DNA of 53,852 bases from Paraglomus brasilianum. Taxonomy: Eukaryota. The notes below the pieces were generated by a model, which had not been told where the DNA came from, searched no databases, and was given only the letters and a program-made list of their open reading frames with translations. Position numbers and translations under genes: made by a program. The stretch spans positions 1-53,852 of the forward strand of contig CAJVPI010000103.1 of the NCBI GenBank assembly GCA_910592345.1. The letters are read 5' to 3'. Positions within the stretch are counted from its first letter, which is position 1. Each line of letters opens with the position of its first letter. Below, one piece after another: positions 50,054 to 53,852 of the stretch.

Positions 50054-51388
50054 TCAACTCACATATGAACGGAACGGCAATTGTACTTGGTATATGATCG
50101 CCGTCCCCTCATCCTTAATGCAAGTGATCTTACAATCCGAAAATTCATAAAAGAGTGTAGATCGCTGCCAACTACCAACATACAACGTCATCACGCATAA
50201 TTTCTTACATGATATTCTAAAAAGATTCAAATCGCCGGCATCTACATTGTAAATCTTCATCTGGATATATCTGATATTAGGACAGTACTGACTGACCAGA
50301 CCAACTGATGGCCAAAATCTCTGTGAGAACTCGGATTCAACCCCATCGCTGACAATCTTCTCGATGCTACCATTGGTATTTTTAATAATCGTATCTAGTA
50401 TACCAATATCGATACTTGTCCCAATAACTTTTAATGTACGTAGAGATGTCATTCTTGCATTTGAGAGGGTAGATTTAACTTGATCTGGCACAGAACATCG
50501 CTTGAAACATAGTTTTTGCAGGTTGCTACATGCTGCTAGGTCGCTAAGTGACAGTCTTTCGTTGAAATTGATCGAGCAAAACGAGATGTTACTAATGCAA
50601 TGTGCTAACGTCGGGAGCATCGACAATATTATACCTAGTCGCGTAGGATACCCTTGTATTTTAAGTTTTTGCAGACGGTTCTGTCCCATAAGCAACGGGG
50701 ATACATCAATACCTCCTGTCGGCGGTGACAGTCTTTGTTTACGGCCTTCGATGATCAATCCACAGACTTTATTTACACGTGCAGTGAGAGTGTTGATATG
50801 CCGCAAGATCTTATCACGAGTCATGCACTGTCTCAGAAGCCCGCCCGAGTGAGATAATTCCGATTCAATGGTTAATGTATGCAGATTGGGTGACACCAAT
50901 TCAATCAATTCTAAGAATGTTTTATCAATGAGATCAACGGTAAACTCGTCGTGACCGCTTGGTTTCGATACCTTTTTGCTTCTTTTGAAAGACAGTGACC
51001 TTGGCTTTGATTGTTCGCTGCTGTTGGTCCTTCTACACTCATACCAATATCCTATGGCTCTTAGTATATCATATAGATTCACTTGGGATATGTATCCAAT
51101 ATATGGAAAGGTTGACTTTGCGTGTCGCATTCTCTGCAAGTTCAGTTGCTTTTTCATATGATCCCCCAGAAACATGAAGCATACTTCAATAAGTATGGGT
51201 GCATGCTTTTTCCATTTGCGTGTAACACTGGGACCTATCAATTCGAATGGTTTACTCCAGAGTATAGCTACGGTGGCCTCGCACCATAGTCTGTTAACAA
51301 GGAAGCACGAATGGAGCGTTTGTCTATCATTAGAGAGGTGGGAAACCGTTTCCGCAACCAAGTCGAAAGACAACCGTAGAGAAGACAT
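50054..51388 (-). CDS. F-box / LRR-like protein of the expanded Mucoromycota-AMF type, intronless
   Basis: LSFDLVAETVSHLSNDRQTLHSCFLVNRLWCEATVAILWSKPF, TFPYIGYI, and C-terminal LRR-like units (CSNLQKL, SLRTL, YCPNIRY). Start taken at MSSLRL. Confidence 0.8.
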   Translation of the reverse strand: MSSLRLSFDLVAETVSHLSNDRQTLHSCFLVNRLWCEATVAILWSKPFELIGPSVTRKWKKHAPILIEVCFMFLGDHMKKQLNLQRMRHAKSTFPYIGYISQVNLYDILRAIGYWYECRRTNSSEQSKPRSLSFKRSKKVSKPSGHDEFTVDLIDKTFLELIELVSPNLHTLTIESELSHSGGLLRQCMTRDKILRHINTLTARVNKVCGLIIEGRKQRLSPPTGGIDVSPLLMGQNRLQKLKIQGYPTRLGIILSMLPTLAHCISNISFCSINFNERLSLSDLAACSNLQKLCFKRCSVPDQVKSTLSNARMTSLRTLKVIGTSIDIGILDTIIKNTNGSIEKIVSDGVESEFSQRFWPSVGLVSQYCPNIRYIQMKIYNVDAGDLNLFRISCKKLCVMTLYVGSWQRSTLFYEFSDCKITCIKDEGTAIIYQVQLPFRSYVS

Positions 51389-51639
51389 CCTGAAGTCGAA
51401 AGAGAAGTAACGTGAACTAATCATACAAAAAGTCGGATCACCAATCGAATGGCATTTCTCTTCTGTTGATATAAGCATTGCATTGTACTATTGAAATTGC
51501 GTCACACACAAGTTAAAAATGGTTATTAGTCCGAAGAATGTCGACCACAACGATGTTGTGGCCATGAGGATCGCCAATAAACTTTTTTCTATTCTCTCCA
51601 TGACCATATTAATCCTCATAGTGTAACCAAAATGCTACG

Positions 51640-52216
51640 CAGTTGAAAGGTATTTGCTTTTTCTTTCGGTTATAGTAACCTCGTTATACCTCGTTATACC
51701 GAATTTTCATTATACCGAAGGAATTCTGCCTCCCCCGCTCTTAAATAGTAAATTCCTTCGTTATAACGAATTTAATAGTAAAATAAGTTTTATCGCGTAG
51801 AATAGTGGTTGTAGCAGATGAGGATCATACGATTTTTGGTCATACGACTTTGGTCGTACGATTTTTCGTATCTACTGTTTTTAATTCGCACATATTGTTC
51901 CATCAACATAAGCAAGGAAATAGAAGGCGATGATGAAAGCTCGAAATCTCTCCCTACCGTCTTGACTAAAGATGTAGTAGTCGCACTGAAACGGCATTCA
52001 AACAGGTGACATAGAAATAAATTACGATGAGTTTAAGTCTTTCGTGCGTTGAAGAGAAAGGTTTAATTGCATAATATTGCACAAACTCTCGAATAGTATA
52101 ATTATTTTATTATATTCATGTATTATTGTTAGTAAAGATATTATTCATTATAACGAATATTACTTGACGAATCGTGGATGCCTCCCCCGACACTTCGGTA
52201 TAACGAGGTTCAACTG
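51640..52216. mobile_element. pogo-type MITE with interrupted left TIR
   Basis: Right end TTCGGTATAACGAGGTTCAACTG followed by TA. Left end CAGTTGAA, ~30 bp of extra sequence, then AACCTCGTTATACCTCGTTATACCGAA. The subterminal CCCCCGAC is shared with the 20434 element. Confidence 0.65.
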
Positions 52217-52639
52217 TATATCAAATATACTTACGTTAGGTTATTACCTTTTCAGGTGGACATGGATATTGCTATGCGTTCTCCAAAACGCAATTGATTG
52301 TCAACAGCCTGCCGAGTTCTACGTCGTGTCTGAATCAAGACTCGCATCGACAAAATACTTAATTTCAGATGCAATGCCGAGACACAAACATAACCACTTC
52401 TGACTCGAGGGATCCACAAGACCTGAAACTTGAATATGTACTTGTGAGGGCTGGGAGTCATGTTCATTTGCGCATGTTGATAAGACATCAGAACGTGCCA
52501 AACAGACCATTCCCTTGTCAATCCGCATCGATCGGTTGCAGGTAATTTTTATTCCTTTGCAATGTGTATATTAAGATGACGAATTATATTGCGTATATAT
52601 GTTTTATCATCTTGCGTAAAAGCTAAATTGTTCTTTTGT

Positions 52640-53852
52640 CCTTCCCGATAACCAGTTTCTATAATACAAGGCTCCAGGGACTTATCCAAGCTCAATTGGA
52701 TCTTGCACGCTGCTACGGAGTGTTGACGACCTTTCTCTCTCACACTCTCTCTCTTCATATTACGGGTAACAAACAGCTTCGTTTAATATTAAACTTTTTC
52801 TTAAATGTACATGTGCTAATATGTTATCTAATTTAAGCATGTCAGGAGTAAGCACCACACAAAAAGGCTATGAGTATGAAGAAAGAAGATATAACATTCT
52901 TCTAGCGGCAGATTTGTGAGTTTTCACTGAATACTTGTTGAGTGGTTTGTATCTATGATAATCAAGCTGCTAACTCTTATCTGGAATTTCATAGAGGAGG
53001 TTATTGAAATAGTAGAACATCCTATGGCGGAGGGGATGAGATTATAATGAAGGCGCAGAAGAGAGAGGAATTATTAAGTACACTCGCCGCGCTTCGATAC
53101 GGCCATTCGATGGACTCCGTATTCCCGTGCCATAATGGCACGCCATTGTTTGTTTTATCAGGAGAAATCGGTCTCAGCCCTGTCACAATTGCCTCCTTTT
53201 TTTATCGGCACCAAAAATGTCCGCAGAGAACATCATTAGACAAGATCAAAGCTTTGGCGAGATGTTATGAATACGAACGGAATCAGAGTACCGGAACACG
53301 ATGATATCCATGCTCAATTCGATCTTGCAAGATGTTACGATGATGGCATTGGAGTGCCAACTCGGCTTGGCGAGATGTTATGAATCGGAGTGCCGGAACA
53401 CGATGATATCCATGCTCAACTCGATCTTGCAAGATGTTATGATGATGGCATCGGAGTGCCAAAAGACGATGTTATCCTGCTCAACTCAGTTTGGCGAGAT
53501 GTTATGAGTGAACATCTAATTAATGAAAATCATGCTCGGACATTGCATCTATAATGAAACGTCAAAACTCTTGTTTTGGTTGATTAAATTATTTGGCGAT
53601 CTGTTTTATCGCAATACGAACGGAATCGGAGTGCCGGAACACGATGATATCCACGCTCAAATCGATCTTGCAAGATGTTATGATGATGGCATCGGAGTGC
53701 CAAAAGACAATGTTATCCTGCTCAACTCAGTTTGGCGAGATGTTATGAGTGAACATCTGATTAATGAAAATCATTCTCGGACATTGCATCTATAATGAAA
53801 CGTCAAAACTCTTGTTTTGGTTGATTAAATTATTTGGCGATCTGTTTTATCG
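52640..53852 (+). pseudogene. Sel1-repeat gene remnant with ~241-bp tandem duplication
   Basis: QAQLDLARCY and HDDIHAQIDLARCYDDGIGVPKD repeats broken by frameshifts; 53382-53611 is nearly identical to 53623-53852, with a partial third copy from about 53270. Confidence 0.7.

Noticed and set aside
53270..53852. CRISPR-like repeat array
   Set aside because: The units encode Sel1 repeats, there are no unique spacers, and the context is eukaryotic.

Overview
Eukaryotic, AT-rich, intron-rich fungal DNA. The gene families suggest Mucoromycota, probably Glomeromycotina (arbuscular mycorrhizal fungi); this is inferred from the AMF-type TKL kinase, Sel1, Crinkler-like and F-box sequences and from a minor (U12) intron. 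Reconstructed genes: a STYX-like phosphatase that keeps the catalytic Cys, a LUFS/LisH Q-rich regulator (Flo8/Som1-like), a bacterial-type DinB protein, an AIFM2/FSP1-like oxidoreductase, a PP2C (Ptc2/3-like), TAO3/Furry, a small coiled-coil protein, a DUF4048-like protein and an F-box protein. Between them lie decayed kinase, Sel1, CRN-like and PIF1 fragments, two pogo-type transposon remnants and four TA-flanked MITEs. The best-supported unusual signals are a U12 intron in PP2C, a 60-bp retro-like insertion with a 13-bp target-site duplication that breaks the kinase, a duplicated symmetric exon in the PP2C tail, the Cys-retaining STYX, and an intron-containing DinB. I found no clear multi-gene novel system. 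All exon boundaries were read by eye.
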